DNA from: the human T2T-CHM13v2.0 reference genome, Homo sapiens
Direction: 5' to 3' (one strand)
Assembly (NCBI RefSeq): GCF_009914755.1
Contig: NC_060933.1
Length of the DNA: 64,000 nucleotides
Below, piece after piece: positions 53,651 to 64,000 of this stretch. Position 1 is the first letter of the stretch. Each line of letters opens with the position of its first letter. The translations under genes were made by a program, and so were the position numbers. The notes beneath the pieces were generated by a model that was not told the origin of the DNA, searched no databases, and saw only the letters and a program-made list of their open reading frames with translations.

Positions 53651-54544
53651 CTGTAAACAAATCTCCAGGAGCCTGAAAGGAGACAAGAGGCCTGCGGGGG
53701 GACAGGGAGGGAGAGGGATTGGCATCGCAGGGTTCCTCATCCTGGGAAAAAACCAGGAGGCAGCATCTCGGCCCCACACGCCAAGGTGGGAGCAACGGTG
53801 TCAGGAGAGTCCCTCTGATGTTGAGGGGGGCCCAGGAGACATCTGCAGGGTCTCCCACCAACCCAGATGGCTGTTCCCAGGCCCACTTTCCCAAGCAATT
53901 GGCTCCCACCAGCTCTGAAGGCTGTGACACAGGCAGAGCCTTCTCTGGCACTCATGTGGTAGATGACGAAGCTCTCTGATTACAGCCGCCTTTGATCATT
54001 TCCCTGAAAGTCACTAATAAAAGCCAGGCAGCAACAAACAGAAAAGAAGAGGAGGGAAAAGAGCTCTTTAAGTCCCAGTGGCTGGGAAGGGTGGGAGGAG
54101 AAAATGGAAGAGGATTGGGCTGAATTTTGGGGATCACCCGGGGGGGTGCTCCTAGTGGAAAGTGGGTATAGCCAATAATTCCACCCGCAGCTTCACACTG
54201 GTATCTGCCTCCAAGTGCCTGGCAGATTCTACCATCTGCACTCCAACAGCTGAGAGCACAGGGCAGAGGGCAGTTGGTAGCCACAAGACGCCAGGTAGCC
54301 CCCATGCTCCCCTCTTTTCTGTCACCCTCCCAAGAGCCTTCCCCACAGTCAGCCCACTCAGTGGGTTAGAATAGCACCTGGGTTTAGAGTCAGGAGGGCC
54401 TCCAATCCCATTTCCTAGCTCCAGGACCCTGAGCAAGTAACTTTCCCTCTCTAAGCCTCAGTTTTCTCACCTATAAAATGGGAGTGATGGCCACAATCTT
54501 CATCTTGTTTATTTCCCTGTGCATTATGAAGATCAAATGAGCCA

Positions 54545-54722
54545 CCAGACGAGTTCCTGAACACCAGACTGACTGCTCCAGAATCCCTGTGGATACATAC
54601 TAAAATACAGATTCCTGGGCCCCCACCCCAAAGAAGAATGGTTCACAGGAAATGGAGTGGGACCCAGGAATCTGTACTTGGGAGGAAAAAGCTTTTCTAG
54701 CACTTTTGGTGGGTGGCCAAGC
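54545..54722. mobile_element. MER5A-like DNA transposon
   Basis: aaaatacagattcctgggccccacccc...gtgggacccaggaatctgtac. Confidence 0.65.
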
Positions 54723-54975
54723 ATGGGGGACCTCTACTTTACAAACCAACAGATGTGGCCTCTCAGTCTAAGAGGCAGAGATCTGCCATCAAAGACAGTG
54801 CTGTCTGATCCTGGTGAGCAGCTCTCAACTGGACCAAGTTACTTTCTGACTCTGAGCCTCAGTTTCCTCACCCAGAAAGTGGGGGCTCTCACCTCTTTTT
54901 CAGGTTTCATAGATTAAGGACATGAAATGCTTAGCACATCATGGGTCTTCAACAAATGGTAGCTGTTATCAGTTT

Positions 54976-55292
54976 GTTGTTGTTGTTTTTGTGTTTTGTT
55001 TGTTTTCCGAGATGGAGTCTTGCTCTGTCTCCCAGGCTGGAGCGCAGTGGCACGATCTTGGCTCACTGCAATCTCTGCCTCCCGGGTTGAAGTGATTCTC
55101 CGCCTCAGCCTCCCAAGTAGCTGGGGTTACAGGTGCCTACCACCACACCCAGCTAATTTTTGTATTTTTAGTAGAGACAGGGTTTCACCATGTTGGCCAG
55201 GCTAGTCTTGAACTCCTGACCTTGTGATCCACCCACCTCGGCCTCCCAAAGTGCTGGGATTACAGGCGCTCAGTGAGCCACCACTCCCGGCC
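54976..55292 (-). mobile_element. AluS (Sg-like), 3' part of a tRNA-Alu chimera
   Basis: Complete antisense Alu; head ggcc at 55289-55292 and a (TTG/TTTG) tail. Confidence 0.93.
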
Positions 55293-55301
55293 AATGGTAA
55301 C

Positions 55302-55384
55302 TTTCAGGAGTGGGATTCGAACCCACGCCTCCAGGGCAGACTGCGACCTGAACGCAGCCCCTCAGACTGCTCAGCCACCCTGAC
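55302..55384 (-). pseudogene. tRNA-Leu(CAG) pseudogene
   Basis: Minus strand reads GTCAGGGTGGCTGAGCAGTCTGAGGGGCTGCGTTCAGGTCGCAGTCTGCCCTGGAGGCGTGGGTTCGAATCCCACTCCTGAAA, 76/83 identical to human tRNA-Leu-CAG as I recall it. Anticodon at 55348-55350 and B box intact; D-arm and acceptor stem damaged. Confidence 0.93.
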
Positions 55385-55658
55385 CAGCTTGCTGTTATTA
55401 GTTTTATGTTGGCTGATAATTTTATTACTATTATAGACCGTTAGTTTAAGTTCAGCTTACTCAGAACATAAACATCATCATTTTTGTTGTCCTTTACCTA
55501 AAATTTTTCCTTAGTCTTTTTTTTCATCCCAAAAGCAATATATGTTCAGTGTAAAAATTCAAACAATCTGGAAGCATTGAATCCCACTACTCATAGTTCC
55601 GTGCATAATCTTGCAGACATTTCTCTATAAACAGGAATAAACATTGCTTTCATTTCAT

Positions 55659-55662
55659 ACAC

Positions 55663-55703
<41 letters not shown>
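55659..55703. repeat. (CA)n microsatellite
   Basis: About 22 CA units with one interruption. Confidence 0.95.
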
Positions 55704-55707
<4 letters not shown>

Positions 55708-56131
55708 ATTACATTGTACATTACGGTTTATGCTGAAACTTACTCCTTTTTTCCACTTAATCTATCATGGACACCCTTTCGTGCCAGCATATTGATCTGT
55801 TGACCTACAGGCTAAAAAGTATTCCATTAAACAAGTGTACCAGGATTTATTTAACCAGGCCCCTTCTGATCAGCATTTAGGTAGTTTCTGATTTTTCACT
55901 CTTAAAAACAAAGCTCCAATGCCCATCCTTCAACATTCATCTTCACACCCTTGGGTAAGCATTCCTGGATATTCATCAGGTACCAGGTGCCTAATACTTA
56001 AAATGTATTTATCTCATTTAAACCTCATCACATCTCTGCCAGACTTGACAGATGAAGAGACTGAGACTCGGGGTTTTAAGTCACATGCTTCTGTTCACAT
56101 AGCTAGTAAAGGGTAGGGCCACAGTAAAGCC

Positions 56132-56592
56132 TGTGGTTGGTTGATTGCATTGGTAGCCCCCAGTCTGGCTGTCTCTCCACTTCCCTGCTCTTTGGTAGAC
56201 CCTCCTCTGTGGACTCTTAGTGAGGCCATATCACTTACTTCAGCTAATCAGGAAGTAGCAAAGCAGATGCAAGCAGAAGTTTGAAAAAGCATGTTTGGGC
56301 TCCCTCCCTCTGACCCCTGTTCAGCCATGAGAACAAGCCCAGACTAGTCTGTCAAAGAATAAGAAAATATGGAGAACATCTCATCCCAGGCCATCCTAGA
56401 CCAGCCAGCCCCCAGCCCACCTGCCAGCTGATCTAAGACACATGAACAAGTTCATCCAAGATTAGCCAATCCATCCCAGATCATCAGAACCACACAGGTG
56501 ACCTGTAGACTCTTGAAAAATAATCAATAGTTCTTATATAAATTCACTGAGTTTTGGTATAATTTGTTATGCAGCAATAACTAACTGATACA
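56132..56592 (+). mobile_element. MaLR LTR (MLT1H-like) inserted in a MIR
   Basis: tgtggttggttgattgcatt...gccatgagaacaagcccagactag...ttgttatgcagcaataactaactgataca; flanks aagcc/aagct. Confidence 0.85.
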
Positions 56593-57089
56593 AAGCTGAA
56601 CTCTGACTCACAATCCCTATTATCTCCAAGATCCCACTGCCTTTGTTAAGAATCAAAACCTTATACATATCTCCTTATCAGAGAGTGCTATTTTTAAAAA
56701 TCCTACATATAGTCCACATGTAACAGACACTGTGCTGACAGACCTGGAAGCTCAAGATGAAATAAGATACGGCCCTGCCACGAGCGACTGACCGTCCAGA
56801 GAGAAAGAACCTAAACAAATGATTACTGTTCACAGACAGGAACCTGGAACTCAGAAAGGGCCTCCAATTGATCATAATCACATAGCACCTTAGTGACGAG
56901 AAGGAAACCCAGGCCTCCTGACCCTACTAAATCCAGAGTTCCTGGGACCACTCAAACCTTCAACATCTTTGAGCACTGCTAAAAGTTATGTGCCCACATC
57001 CCTATCCCTGGCTACACAGAACAGCAGCCCCAGAGAGAGCTTTTTCCCAATTTACTGAGTCTGGTAGAAGACCTCCAGTTTCCATCTAG

Positions 57090-57790
57090 GGACATTAACT
57101 GCAAATTTATATTTGAGGCCCTGTGTGCAGTTTTTTATGCATCCTTAAATACCAAAACATAATTACCAATGTCAATACATAATGTTTATTTCTTTCAGAA
57201 CCGACATTTTAATTTTCCCAAGCAGGCGGGAAAAATGATATGCATAAAAATAATGACAAATATTCAAAGTCTCCCAAATATGGGACCGAGATCACCCGCG
57301 TAATCCTAAATTTCAATGCACCCACGATCACAGCCACATTAAAGGTCTGATAAGCCAAATTAGGTTCCATGTAAGCATAATTAATCTTCTTTTTCAATGA
57401 AGATATTACAAGGGCATTAATTTGAATCCCAAAGGCCTTTGGGAAATTGAATTACATAGATAAAGCAAATATTTGACCTTTTGCAGATAATTACTATTTT
57501 AAAAAATTCACAATGCAAATGAACACCGAGTAAACCTTGGGTGTTACCCAGCGCTGCTGAAATAAAATTCTTTATAAAAATTCAGCAAGCGAAGAGACAG
57601 GTATTCTACTCTATTCAGCCTCCCAGCTTTTTATTTCAAATTTGGAAGCATAAAACTCCAGCCAGGGGTCCTGATGTTTATTAACAAATAATTGAATGAA
57701 AATTGGCCAGGACTGATTATGTCAAATTTGCAAATTATCTGTTATCATTCACAGGTCATTAAATTTCAAAAGATAGTAAGCAATGAAGGC
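57090..57790. promoter_or_regulatory. Candidate conserved developmental enhancer
   Basis: No repeat recognised; AT-rich yet retains CpGs; many TAAT cores, octamer ATGCAAAT (57513-57520), TAATCC and several palindromes. Inference from motif content only. Confidence 0.5.
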
Positions 57791-58529
57791 TCTTTTCCTA
57801 CAGCCATGATCCCAGGGCTAGCATTAAATGGGGCTAAGGCTTGTTGAGGTGAATGACTCACCACTGTTAGAACAGTCCTTCTGTCACCTCTGAGCCAGAT
57901 CCTTGGGTCCCTGGGCAGGGTGGGAAGGAAAAACCTGCATCAGCCCCACCACCCTTCCATTTTGGCCATTTGGTATGGAAGAAAAAGCAGAGGCCTAGGA
58001 CCAAACCCCAGTCCTACAGCTCATAACCTGAAGGATGCTGGGCATCTCTGGGCTGGGTTTCCTGGGCAGTTAAGGAGGAGAATCAGACCAGTGGTCATGA
58101 CCCATGGGAATATGAAATGAGATCAAGGTTTTGAATGCTAATGCCTGTGGCACAGTCTTCAGAGTTGGACAAACTTGTGTTTGCATTCTGGTTATCGCAC
58201 TGATGATCAGGCTTCCTAAGTTTTCCGATCTGTAAAATGGGTCTGTGGCACTGTCAAGCTATCCTGAGGTTCTTGTGAAGATGAAATAAGAGCTCACAAG
58301 ATGCTGGCAGAGAGCAGGTGCTAAGCTGCTTCTCTGCACTCCCAAACAAAGAATAACTGTGGTGCCTCGGTCCCCTTCCCAATTTCAAAACATACAGCAT
58401 CTCTGAAGCCTGAAACAGCACTGCTTGGGTCTAGAAAGACACGATCCCTCCAAAAGACTGTTCCTGCAGCTTCTGGTGCTAACCCCTCTCCAGAAAGACG
58501 TCACTGCTGCTAATGACTAAAAAAACACT

Positions 58530-58720
58530 GCTACTAACAACTAACACTTGAGTGCTAGCCTGTGCACTGTTCTAAGAGCTTTGCATGGATATTTCACTGA
58601 ATCCTCTCTAACAATGTATAAGGAAAGACTGCTATTATCCCCATTTCACAGATGAGGAAACAGACCCAGAGAGGTTACAGAAACCCCTGACCTGGCAGCA
58701 CCAGGGCTCAGGCCCCACAC
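58530..58720 (-). mobile_element. MIR
   Basis: gctattatccccatttcacagatgaggaaacagacccagagaggtt. Confidence 0.8.
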
Positions 58721-60539
58721 CCACATGTAGGACTGCCATCTGCACAGTCCAAGAGGCCAGGCCAAGGCCAAGCCACATACCACTGCCACCATGGTCCTGG
58801 CCTCCCCTTCCTCTCTCAGTGGACACAAAGATAGGAACTCACCCCTCTCCAAAAGCAAAGGCCTTTATGTCTACCAGTCCACCATGGCATATGCCCCAGA
58901 GTCTCCGCTGGCCAGGCCTGCAGCTCCAGGGGCGCTTGCCCTTGTGACACAAAAGTGCTGGCCTGAGGATCTACCCTGTCCCCTGTACCACCAACACTGT
59001 AGGATGGTACCTGCCTCTGTTTCTTTCTAAGACTGAGTTACGGGGGATAGAGATGGCCTGAGTTTGGATCTAACTAGTGCTTCCACAAAAAAAGCAGATG
59101 CAGGGAGAGAAAGGCAAGAAAGCAATAATGATGCTTTCATGTAGCCATGCCGCTGCAGAGCACAGCGACCTGCTTTTCCTGGGTGCAGCTAGGCTTTCAA
59201 AAGGGACATTCTGCCCTGGTTTTGAAGGATGAGTGAGGTACCCTGGTGGAGCCAGGGAGGAAGGGCACTCCAGCGGAGGAAGCAGCGGGAACAGAGAGGA
59301 AGGTGCATAGAACAAGCGCAGGGGTTAAGGGACAGCCTCCCGCCAGCACCTGAGTCACTCTTTATGTGAAGGTTTCCGGCCCCAGGCTCCCCTTAGCCCA
59401 GAGCACTGCCACCAGGTCCTCAGCCTTACCTCTATATCCATGGGGCTAGCAGGATCCAAAGCTGGCCCTGGCTCAGAGCCAGGCAAAGGGATGCATTCTC
59501 CCCACAACAGTATTCACCTTCATGTTCCAAGCTCTGTCCAGGGCATCATTCAAAGGCCTCACTCTCAGGCTCTACAGGAAAAGAGGATATTGACCTATTG
59601 AGATTAGATAACAAAGCTCCACCAAACCTACTCACTTTCCCCAGCCCCATCAAGGCAAGTCCAGAGGCCTCGGCTCCTGGGAAGTGTTTACAAACTCATC
59701 TTCCCCGTCATTATTACACTGGAGTTTTCTATTTATCTGATTACAGCAGAATTGAATCTGGCCAGGTGAAATTAAATTTGTGCATTTCCGCAATCATACA
59801 ATCTTCAGACACTCAATGTCCTAGTCCCAATTAGCCTGCCCCGATCTAGAAGGAGGGGGAGATGTCCTTATTGACAAGAGGGGAATAAAAACTCAGAGCC
59901 TGGAGTGCTCAGTGATTGACCCGCTGTTCTGAAATGAAAATCCAGGGCCTTCCCGGGTACCAGGAGGAGAGCCTCCTGGGCAGGGGTGTGCCAGAGGGGC
60001 TCTGGCTGCAGTGGGCAATTTGGTGCTCCCACGATCTGGGGCAGGTTCCTGGGGCTAGGCCTTCAAGCCTGGCAGAGGCACATCCACAAGGAGATATTTG
60101 TCTTGGGTCAGGCAACTACTTGACTGTAGATTGCCAGGTGAACACCACAGCCAAGAAAAGAACCCAAGTTAAACCCCAGATTGTGCCTGGACCCACTGCA
60201 CGTCCTCATCTGCCCAGCTCCTAACACTGGTGCTCCTGCAACTTCAATGATCTCACCAAACACTTTGCTGGTGGCTTCATCTGCACCCTTAGCTTTGATG
60301 ACCATCTAGACCTCTAGGTGGTCTTCACCCTGGACCTCTCTCTTGAGCTCCAAATGCAGGAAGCCAGGCCTCTGGGCATCTCCACTTGGATAACCAAGAT
60401 GCCTCCAACTGAACATAGCCCAAAGGAAGTCAGCATTTTTATTTATTGGGAGCTGATATATGCTGGGCACTGTTCCAAGGACCTTATGCAAAAAGAATCC
60501 TATAAGGAAGCACTGTTCTTACCCCCCTCTTGCAGATGA

Positions 60540-60849
<310 letters not shown>

Positions 60850-61164
60850 GCCTTTCTATATATAAGATTCTTTGGAAGAAGAGAAAGTCAGCGGGCCACA
60901 ACCATTTCTTCCCCACTCCATAGATGCTGGCCTGTTGCTTCAAAGGAAATCTGAAACCAGCCCGACTTGTTTCTTGCTGAGTTGCCTCTTCAATATTTTG
61001 CTTTTTCCTGTCCAGATCCTTGCAAGCTACTTGTTTTTACTTTTTTCCTTGTATTTCAACACATAGTCCAGGATTTATCCAAGCCTGAGTCTCCTTCCAC
61101 TGGCTTCATCAGGAAGAAGGGGGCTTTTTTAACCTGTACAGCTGATCTTTAATTTCTGCTTTGG

Positions 61165-61460
61165 GGGGGTGCAGTGGCTTTTCCCTGTAATCCCAGCACT
61201 TTGGGAGGCAGATGCAGGAGAATCACTTAAGCCCAAGGGTTCAAGACCAGCCTAGGCAATATATCAAGACCTTGTCTCTATTAAAAACAATAATTAAAAA
61301 GAATTAGTCAGGAGTGGTGGCATGCACCTGTAGCCCTAGCTACTTGAGAGGCTGAGGTGAGAGGATCACGTGAGCCCAGGAGTTCAAGGATGCAGTGAGC
61401 CTTGATCACACTACTGCACTCCAGCCTGAGCAACAAACCAAGATCCTGTCTCAAAACAAA
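61165..61460 (+). mobile_element. AluJ
   Basis: aggatcacgtgagcccaggagttcaaggatgcagtgagc; outer TSD aatttctgctttgggg. Confidence 0.9.
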
Positions 61461-61467
61461 ATTTTAA

Positions 61468-61873
<406 letters not shown>

Positions 61874-62784
61874 TCAAAGAGAACTTAAGATCATCCTCTA
61901 CAACACTGATTTGATTTTCCATAAAGTTGATTTCAACATCAATGTTTCCAGGGATGTTGTAATGATTCTATAGCCTTTTAAATCCTTGTAATCCTTCCTT
62001 ATCTCATCCATCTCTCTTTATATTTCATCGAAGTATCTGTTCATCTCGGCTTTACCCTCCTTATGATTTTCTGCTCCAATTTCTTAAGAGCCCAGCTTCG
62101 AGTGAAGGTCCACACACAATTCTAACATTTTCTTCTGGATCTGGAGAAAACACTTTTCAGAGGTCTAGCCATATTCTGAGTTTTGAGCAATATTCTTTCA
62201 TTCATTCATCCAGCAATGTTTTTTCATGGATCCCAAACCATTTCTTCAAGAAGAATACAAAACAACACTGACTTACTCATCCAATATTTACTAAGCATCA
62301 TGATGTCCCAAGCACTGCACAGAGTGCCAAAGAGGCCCACCACACCTGCCCCACCGTCACAGATCTTCTCTGACTCTGTCCTCCTGAGAGCCTCCGAGGT
62401 GCCGGCTCCCAGGCTAGTTTACAGAGGCCCAGAGGCTTCCATTTGATACAGCTCTTCTAGAAAGAATCTTTTCCTGGCTCTTGACCCTCTTTGAAATCTT
62501 GAACTCATCCAAACTACAATCCCCAGAATGCCCTTACCTGATTCTGGGTGTCCACTATCAAGAGGTCTGGCTACTCACTGGCCTGGAGAAATATGAAATC
62601 TGTTTCTTGTTGATCTGTGCTATTGACTGAATGAATGTACCTCCCTCAAATTCACATGCTGAAGCTCTCATTCTAAACAAGTGGTATTTGCAGGTACAGT
62701 CTTTAGGATGTAATTATTAATAGGTATAGATGAGGTACTAAGGGTGGGGTCCCCATGATGAGATTTGTGGGGTTTTCATGCTTT

Positions 62785-63446
62785 GTTTTGAGACAAGGTC
62801 TTGCTCTGTTGACCAGGCTGGAGTGCAGTGGCTCAATCGTGACTCACTGCAGCCTTGACCTCCCTGTCTCAAGCCCTCCTCCCATCTTATGTTGGTTCTC
62901 ACACTGCTATGAAGAAACACCCGAGACTGGGTAATTTATAAAGGAAAGAGGTTTAATTGACTCACAGTTCTGCACTGCTGGGGAGGTCTCAAGAAACTTA
63001 CAATCATGGCAGAGGCAAAGGAGAAACAGGCACCTTCTTCATAGGGCAGCAGGACCGAGTGAGTCCCAGCAGGGGAAATGCCAGACACTTATAAAACCAT
63101 CAGATCTTATGAGAACTCACTCATTATCACAACAGCATGGGGGAAACCATCCCCATGATCCAATTACTTCCACCTGGTCCTGCCCTTGATTATGGGGATT
63201 ATGGGGATTGCAATTCAAGGTGAGATTTGGGTGGGGATACAGAGTCAAACCATATCATACCTCAACCTCCCAAGCAGCTGGGATTACAGGCATGCCACTA
63301 TACCTGGCTTTTTTTTTTTTCTTTTTGTAGAAATGGAGTTTTGCTATGTTGCCCAGGCTGGTTCTCGAATTCTGGGGTTCAAGCAGTCCTCCCACCTTGG
63401 CCTCCCAAAGTGCTGGGATTACAGGCATGAGCCATTGCACCTGGCC
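62785..63446 (-). mobile_element. AluJ split by a THE1 LTR
   Basis: Right arm to 62887, resuming at 63258 (tacctcaacctcccaag) and running to the head ggcc at 63446. Confidence 0.88.
62888..63257 (-). mobile_element. THE1C-like MaLR solo LTR
   Basis: gagactgggtaatttataaaggaaagaggtttaattgactcacagtt...ggtgagatttgggtggggatacagagtcaaaccatatca; flanks catct/tacct. Confidence 0.92.
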
Positions 63447-64000
63447 AAATTCATGTTTTTATAAGAAGAGGAAGAGACCCATGCCCCTCTCTCTCTCTGC
63501 CATGTGATGATATGGCGAGAAGACAGCTATCTATAAGCTAGGAAGAGAGCACTTACCAGGAACTGAATTGGCCAGCACCTTGATCTTGGATTCCTCAGCC
63601 TGCAGAACTGTGAGAAATAAACATCTAAACATCTGTTGTTTAAGCCTCACAGTTGGTAGTGTGTTATAGCAGCCCTCTGACTAAGACAGTCTAGGTGGAA
63701 GTGCTTCAAGGGCAGGGACCGGATCTGTCTTCTGCACCTTCCACAGACCTACTACAGCCTTATAGATGGGCCATTGAGTCCTAGATGGGACCTAACTGAA
63801 TGCTCTAATCATGCAGGGGAATGAAAAGGTGACATTTGCTGTCCTTTTTCAGGTCTGGATTTGCACAGCTAATTCCTAGGAGATAGTTCTCATCTCCCTG
63901 GGGACAGAGGCAGCTCTCTTCTTGAGCCCTCCCTCTCCTTAGCTGTTGAGGCAAAGACCAAAGAAAGTGTGGTCAGCCTGGATCCTGCAGTGAGGAGAGG

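Larger units (their letters stand above)
62616..63688 (+). mobile_element. MLT1A0-like LTR hosting a nested AluJ and THE1
   Basis: tgctattgactgaatg...aaattcacatgctgaag on the 5' side and gccagcaccttgatcttggattcc...gactaagaca on the 3' side. Confidence 0.85.

Noticed and set aside
55302-55384. Functional tRNA-Leu(CAG) gene
   Set aside because: First acceptor pair is G-A, a conserved D-loop G is lost, the D-stem is disrupted, there is no oligo-T terminator before the Alu, and it sits inside a TSD. Called a pseudogene.

Overview
This is hominid (most likely human) non-coding DNA; the SVA element is hominoid-specific. I find no credible protein-coding gene. Nearly all ORFs in the track are read-throughs of Alu, SVA, L1, L2 or LTR sequence, or short chance ORFs. 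Much of the window is interspersed repeat: a full-length SVA, about 15 Alus (J/S/Y), old L1M/L1PA fragments, L2 and MIR relics, MaLR/ERV LTRs, and MER1A, Tigger3 and MER5 DNA transposons. Between the repeats are several unique, motif-dense blocks that resemble conserved enhancers, the strongest at 57.1-57.8 kb. Three observations stand out. (1) A tRNA-Leu(CAG) copy with an apparent 6-nt pre-tRNA leader is fused upstream of an AluS, and both sit inside one target-site duplication (TSD), i.e. a chimeric tRNA-Alu retroposon (55.0-55.4 kb). (2) The SVA carries about 29 bp of apparent 5' transduction. (3) A roughly 1.1-kb poly(A)-tailed retrocopy of an unidentified transcript ends in an ERV LTR poly(A) site (15.4-16.4 kb). 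Repeat subfamily calls are from memory of consensus sequences, and boundaries are approximate unless a TSD is quoted. I cannot place the locus on a chromosome. I see no evidence of a new multi-gene system.
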